A DNA stretch of 64,000 nucleotides, taken from an uncultured bacterium. GTDB lineage: Bacteria > Gemmatimonadota > Gemmatimonadetes > Longimicrobiales > RSA9. How positions within the stretch are numbered: the first letter of the stretch is position 1; each line of letters begins with the position of its first letter. The notes under the pieces are model-generated. The model was not told where the DNA came from and searched no databases. It worked only from the letters and a program-made list of their open reading frames with translations. Below, one piece after another: positions 10,602 to 20,431 of the stretch. The stretch is from positions 5,672-69,671 of the forward strand of contig CALBZE010000091.1 in assembly GCA_937889645.1 (NCBI GenBank), given 5' to 3'. The position numbers and the translations under genes are program-made.

Positions 10602-11297
10602 ATGCGCGTAAAGATTTGCGGCGTATGTCGTCCGGAGGACGCGGAGGTCGCGGCGGCGCTCGGCGCCGATTACATTGGTGTGATCCTGGCGCCCGGGTAC
10701 GGCCGTAGCCGGACCGTGGAGGAGGCGGCGCGGATCTTCGAGGCGGGCGCCGGTCCCCGTCGGGTCGGCGTGTTCGTGGATCCCGCGCCTGCCGGTCTCG
10801 CCGAGGCGGTTGATCATCTCGGCCTGCACGTCGTCCAACTCCACGGCGACGAGTCGCCGGAGACGATCGCGGAATTCCGACGGCTCGGCGCCTTCCGGAC
10901 CTGGAAGGTCGTGCGGCCGCGCACGGCGGCCGATCTGCGCGCGGCGGTCGAACGCTACGCCGGCGTCGTCGAAGGGCTCGTCCTCGACGGATCCGGCCGT
11001 GCTGCCGGCAGCGGCGCCGGTTGGGCCGGTTCCCGCTTCCCCTGGAGCGACGTCGCCCCGGCTCGGGGCGACGTGCCGCGCGGGGTCGACGTGATCGTGG
11101 CCGGCGGCCTCGATCCGGACAACGTCGCGTCGGCCGTCGCGTGTCTCGCGCCCGACGTCGTCGACGTGAGCTCGGGCGTCGAGTCCGCGCCCGGGATCAA
11201 GGATCCCGACCGGGTGGGCGCGTTCGTCGCCGCCGCCCGCTCCGCCGTCCCGGACGGCGCGCCGGCGCATCCGCCGGGCCATCGGAGGACCCGATAA
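10602..11297 (+). CDS. trpF: Phosphoribosylanthranilate isomerase
   Basis: MRVKICG, VGVFVD, VQLHGDE, AGGLDPDNV, DVSSGVES. Confidence 0.95.
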   Translation: MRVKICGVCRPEDAEVAAALGADYIGVILAPGYGRSRTVEEAARIFEAGAGPRRVGVFVDPAPAGLAEAVDHLGLHVVQLHGDESPETIAEFRRLGAFRTWKVVRPRTAADLRAAVERYAGVVEGLVLDGSGRAAGSGAGWAGSRFPWSDVAPARGDVPRGVDVIVAGGLDPDNVASAVACLAPDVVDVSSGVESAPGIKDPDRVGAFVAAARSAVPDGAPAHPPGHRRTR

Positions 11298-12524
11298 ATG
11301 GCAGAGCAGTTCACGGCCACGCCCCCCGCTCTCGAGCTCGGACGCTTCGGCCGATTCGGCGGCCGCTACGTCCCGGAAACCCTGATCGCCGCGCTCGACG
11401 AGCTCGCCGCCGCCTACGATGAGGCGCGTCGCGACGAGGGCTTCTTCGCCGAATTCGATGCGCTCCTGCGCGACTACGTCGGCCGGCCGACGCCGCTGTA
11501 CCGCGCCGCCCGTCTCGGCGAGGCCGCGGGGGGGATCACGGTCTATCTGAAACGGGAGGATCTGAACCACACGGGCGCGCACAAGATCAACAACGCGCTC
11601 GCCCAGATCCTCCTCGCGCGCCGCATGGGGAAGCGGCGGATCATCGCGGAGACCGGCGCCGGGCAGCACGGGGTGGCGACGGCGACGGTCTGCGCGCTCT
11701 TCGGCCTCGACTGCGTCGTCTACATGGGCGCGGAGGACGCCCGGCGCCAGGCGCTCAACGTGTTCCGGATGGAGCTGCTCGGCGCGCAGGTGAGGGTGGT
11801 CGAATCGGGATCCAGGACGCTGAAGGACGCGACCAACGAGGCGATCCGCGATTGGGTCACGAACGTGGGGGACACGCACTACATCATCGGCTCGGTCGTC
11901 GGGCCAGACCCGTACCCGCGGATGGTCAGGGATTTCCAATCCGTCATCGGCCGGGAGGCGCGCGCCCAGATCCTCGGGGCGGAGGGGCGTCTGCCCGCCG
12001 CCGTGGTGGCGTGCGTGGGCGGCGGTTCGAATGCGATGGGGATCTTCCACGCCTTCATCCCGGACGAAGAGGTTCGGCTGGTGGGGGTCGAGGCGGCGGG
12101 CGCGGGGATCGAGAGCGGCCGGCATGCGGCGACGTTGGCCGCCGGACGTCCCGGCGTGCTCCACGGCTCGTTGAGCTTCCTCCTCCAGGACGACGCCGGG
12201 CAGGTCGCCGAAGCGCATTCCATCTCGGCGGGGCTGGACTACCCCGGCGTCGGGCCGGAACACGCTTACCTCCGCGAGAGCGGCCGCGCCGAGTACGTCT
12301 CGGTGACGGATGAGGAGGCGCTCGACGCGTTTCGCGAGCTGGCGCGCACGGAGGGGATCATCCCGGCGCTCGAGAGCGCGCACGCGGTGGCGTACGTCCT
12401 CCGCGAGGGGCGCCGCTGGCGCGATTCGGGGCCGGTCGTGATCTGTCTGAGCGGCCGCGGCGACAAGGACGTCGCTCAGGTCGCGGAGGCCTACGGGCCG
12501 GGCGGTCCCGAGGTCGGAGGTTGA
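11298..12524 (+). CDS. trpB: Tryptophan synthase beta chain
   Basis: [14 protein letters not shown] (PLP Lys), [38 protein letters not shown]. Confidence 0.98.
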   Translation: MAEQFTATPPALELGRFGRFGGRYVPETLIAALDELAAAYDEARRDEGFFAEFDALLRDYVGRPTPLYRAARLGEAAGGITVYLKREDLNHTGAHKINNALAQILLARRMGKRRIIAETGAGQHGVATATVCALFGLDCVVYMGAEDARRQALNVFRMELLGAQVRVVESGSRTLKDATNEAIRDWVTNVGDTHYIIGSVVGPDPYPRMVRDFQSVIGREARAQILGAEGRLPAAVVACVGGGSNAMGIFHAFIPDEEVRLVGVEAAGAGIESGRHAATLAAGRPGVLHGSLSFLLQDDAGQVAEAHSISAGLDYPGVGPEHAYLRESGRAEYVSVTDEEALDAFRELARTEGIIPALESAHAVAYVLREGRRWRDSGPVVICLSGRGDKDVAQVAEAYGPGGPEVGG

Positions 12525-12528
12525 TCGA

Positions 12529-14271
12529 ATGCGGGTGGGCGATTCGGTCGAAACGGGCGTGCCATCGACCGAGGCGGCCGGACGATTCGACGAGTCCGTG
12601 CACGTCGTCGTGCGCGAGCTGCTCGGCCTCTTCGGAAAGACCGTTCGGGCCTACCAGATGTACGAGGCCAACAACCCGGTCTACGAGCGGTTCGTGGCCG
12701 GGTTGCGTGCGGGATTCGCGAAGATCTGGGACCACGTACCGTCCCTCCACCTGGTCGTGGAGGAGGGCGGATTCCGTTGGGACGGCGAAATGATCGCGGT
12801 GGGCGAGGGCCGCGACAGCCTGCCGTTCCAGTTCTACAAGGATGGCGTCCGGTACCTCACCTTCCTCCCGGGCTTCGAGGACGAGCTGGACCTGCTCCTC
12901 GACATCGTCGTGCGCTCGAGGCGGCTCCAGACCGAGGAGGACGACCTCGTCACGCTCCTGTGGGAGCAGGAGTTCTCCGCGTTCCGCTACGGCTACGTGG
13001 ACCTGCTCTTCGAGGGATCCGACCTCCCGGAAGACGATGAAGAGCCGCGACTCGCCGAGATCCCCCGCGACGTTTTCGCGGAGGACGTCGGCTCGGTGGG
13101 GGCGTCGTCCGGCGACGCCGAGGCCGAAGCGACGACCGCGGTGGGCACGATCCGCCGAGAGGATTTCACCGAGACGCTCTACTTCCTCGACCAGGACGAG
13201 CTGGACCGTCTGAGGCAGGAGCTCGAGGAGGAGTGGGCGCGGGACATGAGGGCGGAGGTCCTGCGCGCGCTCTTCGATCGCCTCGAGGACCCGATCCCGT
13301 CGCGACAGACGGAGATCCTGGGGATCCTGCGGCAGCTCCTCCCCGCCTTGCTGGCCCGTGGCGACTTCGCGTCCGCCGCGATGATCCTCCAGGAGCTCGA
13401 GGAGCTGCTGCGCCGAGGCGACGTCCTGGACGCCGAGCGGCGGGAGCAGGCCGATGCCCTGTTCGACGAGCTGAGCCAGCCCGCGGTGATCGGGCAGCTG
13501 GTGCAGGCGCTCGAGGACGGCGGCATCGCGCCCGACTCGGAGGCGCTGGCGCTCTTCCTGTCGTGGCTCCGGTCCGCCGCGCTCCCGATCCTCTTCGGCG
13601 CGACCGAGCGCTCCTCCTCGCCCGCCGTGCGGGCTCGGGTCGGCCCCGCGTGCGACCGCCTCGCGGCGCAGCACCCCGACGTGCTCCTCGCGCTCCTCGA
13701 ATCGAAGGACGACGCGGTCGCGGCCGGCGCCGCCCGCGCGGCCGGTCGGCTGCGCTTCCCGGATGCGGCGCGCGGGCTGATCCGCCTTCTCTCCCGGCCG
13801 AACGCGGCCACGAGAATGGTCGCGGTCGAGGCGCTCATCGCGCTCCACACCGCGCCGGCGATGGAGGGATTGAAGCGGGCGCTCGACGACGACAGCCGCG
13901 AGGTACGGATCGCCGCGGCTCGCGGTCTGGGCGCCCTTCGTTACGCCCCCGCGCGGGCCAGTCTCGAGAAAGCGATCCAGGGGAAGACGCTGCGCGACGC
14001 GGACATTACCGAGAAGCTCGCGTTCTTCGAGGCGTACGCCGACCTGGGCGGCGCGGAGGCCGTTCCGCTCCTCGACGCGCTGCTGAACGGGCGCGGGGGG
14101 CTCCTGTCCCGCAAGCAGCCGCCGGAGATGCGCGCGTGCGCCGCGACGGCGCTCGGCCGTATCGCGGCGCCATCGGCGCGGGCCGCCCTCGAACGCGCCG
14201 CGTCCGACCCGGACACCATCGTGCGCGGCGCCGTAGTGCGCGCCATGCGCCGGGAGGTCGCCGCCTCATGA
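12529..14271 (+). CDS. HEAT/PBS-lyase-repeat protein with an uncharacterised N-terminal domain
   Basis: C-terminal repeats such as RMVAVEAL, VRIAAARGLG, MRACAATALG, VRGAVVRAM; acidic middle region; overlaps the next gene (ATGA). Confidence 0.8.
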   Translation: MRVGDSVETGVPSTEAAGRFDESVHVVVRELLGLFGKTVRAYQMYEANNPVYERFVAGLRAGFAKIWDHVPSLHLVVEEGGFRWDGEMIAVGEGRDSLPFQFYKDGVRYLTFLPGFEDELDLLLDIVVRSRRLQTEEDDLVTLLWEQEFSAFRYGYVDLLFEGSDLPEDDEEPRLAEIPRDVFAEDVGSVGASSGDAEAEATTAVGTIRREDFTETLYFLDQDELDRLRQELEEEWARDMRAEVLRALFDRLEDPIPSRQTEILGILRQLLPALLARGDFASAAMILQELEELLRRGDVLDAERREQADALFDELSQPAVIGQLVQALEDGGIAPDSEALALFLSWLRSAALPILFGATERSSSPAVRARVGPACDRLAAQHPDVLLALLESKDDAVAAGAARAAGRLRFPDAARGLIRLLSRPNAATRMVAVEALIALHTAPAMEGLKRALDDDSREVRIAAARGLGALRYAPARASLEKAIQGKTLRDADITEKLAFFEAYADLGGAEAVPLLDALLNGRGGLLSRKQPPEMRACAATALGRIAAPSARAALERAASDPDTIVRGAVVRAMRREVAAS

Positions 14272-15716
14272 CGAGGCCCACCGGCGATCCGATCGTCGCG
14301 GGCGGCACCCCGCTCCAGATCCTGGGGCGCGAACTGCTCGCCGTCACCTACGCGGCTGCCCAGGCGCTCAAGCTCTACCCGCTGGAGAACGCGACCGTCC
14401 AGAACACGCTCCGCGAGCTGGACCGCGTCGTCCATCGGATCCTCGAGGTCGAGGGCGCGATCGAGCTGCGGCTCGTCGGCGACTTCCTGTTCCTCAACGA
14501 CGCCCGGCTCCGGCTCGACCTGTCCAACTACATCACCTTCTCGTTCCTCGCCGGCGCGCTCTCCCGGCACGGCATCGGAGTCGTCAACGTCGAGCCCGCG
14601 GTCACCAGGGAGGAGTGGGCCGTGTTCCTCTCGCTCCTCGTGCTGGACCCGTATCCCGCGGATCCGTTCGAGAGGTTCCAGGCCCGCATCGCAGGAAGCC
14701 CCGTCCGCTGCATACACATCGCTCCGGCGAACGAAGGCGCCGCCCGGCTCCCCGACGACGAGGAGGCGCGCAAGGCAGCTCGGCGCACCTACACGCAATC
14801 CGTCAACATCGCCCGCGAGGTCCTGACCGACGTCCGGCTCGGCCGTGCCGTCAACCTCCGGCGCGTCAAACGCGCCGTGCAGTCGATCGTCGACCAGGTG
14901 CTCAACAACGAGCAGGCCATGCTCGGGATGACGACGCTGCGCGACTACGACGAGTACACGTTCACCCACTCGGTCAACGTTTGCATCCTGAGCGTGATCC
15001 TGGGGCAGCGGCTGGGGCTCTCGAGGCTCCAGCTCTACGAGCTGGGCGTGGCCGCGCTCTTCCACGACATCGGCAAGATGCGCATCGACCCGGAGATCAT
15101 GAACAAGGCGGCGCCCCTCACGGATGAGGAGTTCGCCCGGGTCATGGAGCATCCGACCGAGGGCCTGCTCACCCTTTTCTCGATTCAGGGCCTCTCGGAC
15201 ATGTCGTATCGGGTCATGCTGGCCGCGTACGAGCACCACATGAAGGCCGATCTGTCGGGGTATCCGCGGAACCGCCGGCCGCGCAAACAATCGCTCTTCT
15301 CGCGGATCGTCGCCATCGCGGACGGCTTCGACGCCGGGACGTCGAAGCGCAGCTACCAGCCCCTGCCGCCCACGCCGGACGCCGTGCTGAAGGCCATGCG
15401 CGACGACCCCACGCTCGGCTACGACCCGCTCCTCGTCAAAGCGTTCCTCAACGTGACCGGCATCTACCCGGTCGGAACGCTCGTCATCCTGGACACGTTC
15501 GAGCTGGCGGTCGTCGTGGCACCCTCGACCGATCCGAAGTGCCTGCACCAACCCAGGGTCCGGATCCTCGCCGATCCCTTCGGGTTGCCGCTCGCGCAGC
15601 CGATCATCGCGGACCTGGCCGAGGTCGACCCGGCGACGGGGTATCCGCGGCGGACGATCATCAAGACCACCGACCCGGACAAGTATGGCATCCGCGTCGC
15701 CGATTATGTCGCCTGA
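14268..15716 (+). CDS. HD-GYP domain phosphohydrolase (putative cyclic-dinucleotide phosphodiesterase)
   Basis: DEYTFTHSVNV, LFHDIGK, EHP, EHHMKADLSGYP, IADGFDA, and C-terminal GIYPVGTLV. Confidence 0.88.
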   Translation: MTRPTGDPIVAGGTPLQILGRELLAVTYAAAQALKLYPLENATVQNTLRELDRVVHRILEVEGAIELRLVGDFLFLNDARLRLDLSNYITFSFLAGALSRHGIGVVNVEPAVTREEWAVFLSLLVLDPYPADPFERFQARIAGSPVRCIHIAPANEGAARLPDDEEARKAARRTYTQSVNIAREVLTDVRLGRAVNLRRVKRAVQSIVDQVLNNEQAMLGMTTLRDYDEYTFTHSVNVCILSVILGQRLGLSRLQLYELGVAALFHDIGKMRIDPEIMNKAAPLTDEEFARVMEHPTEGLLTLFSIQGLSDMSYRVMLAAYEHHMKADLSGYPRNRRPRKQSLFSRIVAIADGFDAGTSKRSYQPLPPTPDAVLKAMRDDPTLGYDPLLVKAFLNVTGIYPVGTLVILDTFELAVVVAPSTDPKCLHQPRVRILADPFGLPLAQPIIADLAEVDPATGYPRRTIIKTTDPDKYGIRVADYVA

Positions 15717-16515
15717 ACGGAAGAGCGGACGGATCGGGGAGCGCTTCGCCCGGTGCGCCGCCCGCGGCGCCGGCGCCCTCGTCACGTACGTCACCGCGGG
15801 TTATCCCGCGCCCGCGGACACCCTCGACGTCCTGCTGCGCGTGGCGGAGGCCGGCGCCGACGTCATCGAGTTCGGGATCCCCTTCAGCGACCCGCTCGCC
15901 GACGGCCCGACGATCCAGCGCGCCTCGCACCGCGCCATCGCCGCCGGTGCCACGCTGGCCGGCTCCCTCGAGGCGCTGGCGGAGTTCCGCGCGCACGCCG
16001 ATACGCCCGTCGTCGTCTTCACCTACCTCAACCCGCTCCTCGCCTACGGCGTCGAGCGGTTCATCCGGGACTCCCACGCCGCAGGCGCGGACGGCGTTCT
16101 GCTCACGGACCTGCCGGTCGGCGGCGACGTCGCGCTCGAGCGCGCCTTCGAGGAGTCCCCGCTCGACCTCGTCCGACTCCTCGCGCCCACGACCCCGCCC
16201 GACCGTGCGGCCCGGATCGCGGCCCGGTCCCGGGGATTCCTCTACTACATCTCGCGCACCGGGGTGACGGGGGCGACGGACACACTCCGCGCCGAGATCG
16301 GCCGCGAGATCGACGCGATCCGTCCCCATGCCGCGGCCCCGATCGCCGTCGGCTTCGGGATCTCGACCCCGGCACAGGCGGTCGAAGCCGCGCGCGCCGC
16401 CGATGGCGTCGTCGTCGGCAGCGCGCTCATCGACGCGTTGGATCGCGGGGGAACGTCGGGCCTGGTCGAATTCGTGGGGTCTCTTCGGAAGGCGCTGGAC
16501 GCCGCGCAACGCTGA
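15706..16515 (+). CDS. trpA: Tryptophan synthase alpha chain
   Basis: YVTAGYP, IEFGIPFSDPLADGPTIQ, YYISRTGVTG, VGFGI, DGVVVGSA; overlaps the HD-GYP stop by 11 bp. Confidence 0.97.
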   Translation: MSPERKSGRIGERFARCAARGAGALVTYVTAGYPAPADTLDVLLRVAEAGADVIEFGIPFSDPLADGPTIQRASHRAIAAGATLAGSLEALAEFRAHADTPVVVFTYLNPLLAYGVERFIRDSHAAGADGVLLTDLPVGGDVALERAFEESPLDLVRLLAPTTPPDRAARIAARSRGFLYYISRTGVTGATDTLRAEIGREIDAIRPHAAAPIAVGFGISTPAQAVEAARAADGVVVGSALIDALDRGGTSGLVEFVGSLRKALDAAQR

Positions 16516-16596
16516 CCGGCCCGGGGGCCGGCGGCCGGGCGCGGGGCCGCGTGTACTCGCAGCCACGGATGGTGGCGCGGCCTGGTACGCCGCGCG

Positions 16597-18261
16597 CTAC
16601 GCCCGCATCCGCTCCTCGACAGCCGGGTCCGGCTCGACGAAGAGCGTCTTCGCCCGCTCGGGCACGACCAGGCCCGGCGGCGCCTTGCGCGGCTTGCGGA
16701 CGTACTTCCGCCTCGTCCAGTCCACGGCGACCGTGCCGGACGTCCGCGCTTTGCTCTGGAGCGCGGCCAGCACCGCCGCCTCGGCCAGGTCCCGCGCCGG
16801 CGGGTTGGAGTTGGCGTCGTTCCACCGAAGGATCACGTGCGCGCCCGCGACATCGCGCGCGTGCAGCCAGATGTCGTTCGGCGACGAGTGATGGAACGTG
16901 AGTTCGTCGTTCGCCTCCCGCCCGCGCCCGACCCGCACTTCGAGCCCGCCCGAGGTCCGGTAACGCCGGTAGGGGAGCACGACCTCCTTCGCGCCGCCGC
17001 GCCCGCCGGGCACGGCGATCGTCGGTCCGACCACGGCCGCCACTTCCTCCGCGGTCGCCGACCCGGCTTCGGCGCGCGCGAGCAACTCCGAGAGTCGCTC
17101 CCGCTCCACGCGCGTCTCATCGATCACCGCCGGCAGGCGCTCCGCCGCGCGCTCCCGCTTCCTCGCGGCCTCGTAGAGCCGCTGGGCGTTCTCGTGCGGC
17201 GAGAGCGCCGGATCCAGCTCGATCTCCAGCGTGCCGCCCTCGTAGTCCGACACCTCCACCCTGGCCATCCCCTTGCGGACGAGGTGGAGCTGACTGAGCA
17301 GGAGGTCGCCGCGGCGACGCAGCTCCGTCGCCTCCGACGCCGCGCCCGCGAGCTCCGCCTCGAGCCGTCTGCGCCGCCGGTCGAGCCGCTCGATCCGGTC
17401 GCGGAGCCGATCGAGCAGCTCCCGCCCGACCGCCGGCGCGGCCGCCGGCGCCTCGGCGCCCGACAGCGCGCCCATGGCCGCCAGCAGGGTGGGGAAGGGC
17501 TCCGACTCGACCCCCGGGAGCGGGAGCGGGTAGGGTTGCGCGCCCCGCTCCGTCCTGAGGAGACACGGCGCCGCATCCGGCAACGACGCGATGGCCAGAT
17601 ACCGCTCGTACGCCGCGTCGAGCGCCTCGTCGCCGTCCGTCCGCGCGGCGTCGCCCAAGATCGCGGCCGCGTTGATCGGGCTCGAGTAGGCGACGTGGTC
17701 GATCAGCGCCCGCGCGCGGTCCTCGGGCGCGACGCCCTCGAGCGCCTCCCGCCACGCCTCCCGAGACAGCGGCGACGTCGCCCCGCGCCTGGTCGACGCC
17801 GGCGGCGCTTCGTACGTCGCGCCCCCGACCAGCCGCCGCCCGCCCGCACGCCGCGCCCACAGCGCCCCGAGGATCCTGCCCGACGGGTCCAGCGCGAGGA
17901 CGTTCCACTGGTTCCCCATGAGCTCGACGACGATGCGCGCGGTCCGATCGATCCGCGGGCGCGGCGTCCCCACGTCCACGGCGAGGTGTCGTTCGTCGGG
18001 GGCCGTCGTCACTCGCCGGAGCGTCGCCTGGCGCGGCAGCGGGACCTCTACCGGGAGCGACGGCGCAGGGCCGACGATGACCGTCCCGTCCGTCGGATGC
18101 AGACGCCAGACGACGGCCTCGCCGCCCTCGAACACAAGCGCGGCTTCACGCCGATCGGGGTCGAAGCGGAGGGCCTCCAACCGCGCGCCGCCGAAGCGCG
18201 CGTCGAGCTCCCGCGCAAGGTAGTGGACCAGCACCGAATCGTATCGAATCACGTTTGACAC
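16597..18261 (-). CDS. rqcH: NFACT/RqcH (FbpA-like) ribosome quality-control protein
   Basis: VELMGNQWN (NFACT-N), coiled coil with IELDPALSPHENAQRLY, and NFACT-R motifs VGRGREAND, IWLHARDVAGAHV, VDWTRRKYVRKP. Confidence 0.85.
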   Translation of the reverse strand: MSNVIRYDSVLVHYLARELDARFGGARLEALRFDPDRREAALVFEGGEAVVWRLHPTDGTVIVGPAPSLPVEVPLPRQATLRRVTTAPDERHLAVDVGTPRPRIDRTARIVVELMGNQWNVLALDPSGRILGALWARRAGGRRLVGGATYEAPPASTRRGATSPLSREAWREALEGVAPEDRARALIDHVAYSSPINAAAILGDAARTDGDEALDAAYERYLAIASLPDAAPCLLRTERGAQPYPLPLPGVESEPFPTLLAAMGALSGAEAPAAAPAVGRELLDRLRDRIERLDRRRRRLEAELAGAASEATELRRRGDLLLSQLHLVRKGMARVEVSDYEGGTLEIELDPALSPHENAQRLYEAARKRERAAERLPAVIDETRVERERLSELLARAEAGSATAEEVAAVVGPTIAVPGGRGGAKEVVLPYRRYRTSGGLEVRVGRGREANDELTFHHSSPNDIWLHARDVAGAHVILRWNDANSNPPARDLAEAAVLAALQSKARTSGTVAVDWTRRKYVRKPRKAPPGLVVPERAKTLFVEPDPAVEERMRA

Positions 18262-18362
18262 CCGAGACCCTGGCCGTTAGCTTGCAACCTCTGTCTGAAG
18301 CGTTCGATGGCGCGCCGCCGAGCGCGTTTTCCCCGGTTCAGCCGGGCCCACGACGACGACGG

Positions 18363-19190
18363 ATGAGTGTGCATCATCCCGGTCCCGAACGTCGCAGGAC
18401 CGTTCGGGACCTGCTGGAAATGAAGCGGCGCGGCGAGAAGATCGTCGCGCTTACCGCTTACGACTACCTCTTTGCACGTCTCGTCGACGAGGGCGGCGTT
18501 GACATCGTCCTCGTCGGCGACTCCCTCGGCAACGTCGTCTGCGGTTACGACTCCACGATCCCCGTCACGCTGGACGCGATGATCCATCACGGCGCCGCGG
18601 TGCGCCGGGGCGTGAGCCGCGCGCTCCTCGTGGTCGACATGCCGTTCCTGACCTACCGTATATCGCCGGAGGAAACGCTGCGCAACGCGGGGCGCATCCT
18701 GCGGGAGACGGGGGCGGAGGCGGTCAAGCTCGAGGGCGGCGACGAAACCGTCGCCCGGCACATCCGGGTCCTCGTCGACGCGGGGATCCCCGTGATGGGC
18801 CACCTCGGGCTGACGCCCCAATCCGTCCACGCGCTGGGCGGTTTCCGCGTCCAGGGGCGTGACGCGGGAACCGCGGAGCGGCTCAAGGCCGAGGCCACGC
18901 GCCTGGAGGAAGCCGGCTGTTTCGCCATCGTCCTCGAGCTGATGCCGAGCGCGCTCGCCGCCGAGATCAGCCGCGCGGTCGGGATCCCCACTATCGGGAT
19001 CGGCGCCGGGCCGGACGTGGACGGGCAGGTCCTGGTCCTCCCCGACATGCTCGGCCTGAACGAGGGGTTCCAGCCTCGCTTCCTGCGCCGCTTCGCCGAC
19101 CTCGCCGGCGCGGTCCGCGACGGCGTCGCCGATTACGTCGCGGCGGTGCGCGGCGGCGAGTACCCGGGGCCGGAGCACGGATTCGAGTGA
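18363..19190 (+). CDS. panB: 3-methyl-2-oxobutanoate hydroxymethyltransferase
   Basis: LTAYD, LVGDSLG, DMPF, AVKLEGG, MGHLGLTPQS, IGIGAG, DGQVLV. Confidence 0.97.
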   Translation: MSVHHPGPERRRTVRDLLEMKRRGEKIVALTAYDYLFARLVDEGGVDIVLVGDSLGNVVCGYDSTIPVTLDAMIHHGAAVRRGVSRALLVVDMPFLTYRISPEETLRNAGRILRETGAEAVKLEGGDETVARHIRVLVDAGIPVMGHLGLTPQSVHALGGFRVQGRDAGTAERLKAEATRLEEAGCFAIVLELMPSALAAEISRAVGIPTIGIGAGPDVDGQVLVLPDMLGLNEGFQPRFLRRFADLAGAVRDGVADYVAAVRGGEYPGPEHGFE

Positions 19191-20023
19191 TGGTCGTCCG
19201 CACGAAGGAGGAGGTTCGCCGCATCGTCGCCGGGATGAAGCCCCGGCGCATCGCGCTCGTCCCGACGATGGGCTATCTCCACGAAGGGCACCTCTCGCTC
19301 GTCGACCGGGCCCGCGCACTCGCGGACCGGGTGGTCATGTCCATTTTCGTCAATCCGCTCCAGTTCGGGCCGCAGGAGGACCTCGCGCGTTACCCTCGCG
19401 ACCTCGAGCGGGACGTGGAGCTGGCCGCCGGCCGCGGCGTCGACCTCATCTTCGCCCCGGACGTCGAGGAGATGTACCCGGGTGGCCAGCCGGCCGTCCG
19501 CGTCGTCCCCGGCCGGCTCGCGGACACGCTCTGCGGCGCGTACCGCCCCGGCCACTTCGAGGGCGTGCTCACGGTCGTCGCGAAGCTGTTCGGGATCGTG
19601 CGGCCGGACGTGGCCGTCTTCGGGCAGAAGGATTTCCAGCAGGCCGTCCTGATTCGCCGCATGGTGGCGGATCTGGACATGGGCATCGAGATCGACGTCG
19701 CGCCGATCGTCCGGGAACCGGACGGGCTGGCAATGAGTTCGCGCAACGTCTACCTGCGCCCCGACGAGCGGGATGCCGCGCTCGGCCTCTATCGTGGCCT
19801 CACGCGCGCGGCCGAGGCATTCGCCGCCGGCGAGCGGGACTCGGCCCGACTCTGCCAGATCGTGCGCGACGTGATGGCCGGCGCCGGCGTCCGCGTCCAG
19901 TACGTCGAGCTCGTGGATCCCGAGTCCCTCGACGCCGTACAAAACGCCCGCCCGGGTGACGTCATCGCCGTCGCGGGCTTCGTCGGCGAGACCCGGCTGA
20001 TCGACAACTTGATCCTGAATTGA
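19187..20023 (+). CDS. panC: Pantoate--beta-alanine ligase
   Basis: VPTMGYLHEGH, FVNPLQFGP, RPGHFEGV, FGQKDFQQ, GLAMSSRN, RLIDN. Confidence 0.97.
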   Translation: MMVVRTKEEVRRIVAGMKPRRIALVPTMGYLHEGHLSLVDRARALADRVVMSIFVNPLQFGPQEDLARYPRDLERDVELAAGRGVDLIFAPDVEEMYPGGQPAVRVVPGRLADTLCGAYRPGHFEGVLTVVAKLFGIVRPDVAVFGQKDFQQAVLIRRMVADLDMGIEIDVAPIVREPDGLAMSSRNVYLRPDERDAALGLYRGLTRAAEAFAAGERDSARLCQIVRDVMAGAGVRVQYVELVDPESLDAVQNARPGDVIAVAGFVGETRLIDNLILN

Positions 20024-20034
20024 GCGGGTGAATC

Positions 20035-20418
20035 ATGCAGCGTGTGATGTGCAAGTCCAAGATTCACCGGGCGACCGTGACCGGCGCCAACCTCGAGTAC
20101 GAGGGCTCGATCACGATCGACGCCCTCCTCATGGAGGCGGCCGACATCCTCGAGTACGAGCAGGTGCAGGTCGTCAACATCAACAATGGCGCCCGTTTCG
20201 AGACCTACGCCATGCGTGGCGAGCCCGGCTCGGGCGCGATCGTGCTGAACGGCGCCGCGGCCCGCCTGGCGCACCCGGGCGACCGGGTCATCATCATCAG
20301 CTACGCCCGCTACGAGGATTCCGAGCTCGAGAAGTTCGAACCGCGTCTGGTCTTCGTGGATGCGATGAATCGCGAGGTCGTCGAACGGGCGCCTGCCGGC
20401 GAGGCGCGGGCGCGCTAG
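20035..20418 (+). CDS. panD: Aspartate 1-decarboxylase
   Basis: [18 protein letters not shown] (Gly-Ser pyruvoyl cleavage site), [14 protein letters not shown]. Confidence 0.97.
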   Translation: MQRVMCKSKIHRATVTGANLEYEGSITIDALLMEAADILEYEQVQVVNINNGARFETYAMRGEPGSGAIVLNGAAARLAHPGDRVIIISYARYEDSELEKFEPRLVFVDAMNREVVERAPAGEARAR

Positions 20419-20431
20419 GCCTGACCGCGCG

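Noticed and set aside
7773-16515. Absence of trpE/trpG from the trp cluster
   Set aside because: Split trp clusters are common and the genes may lie outside the window; nothing can be concluded from 64 kb.
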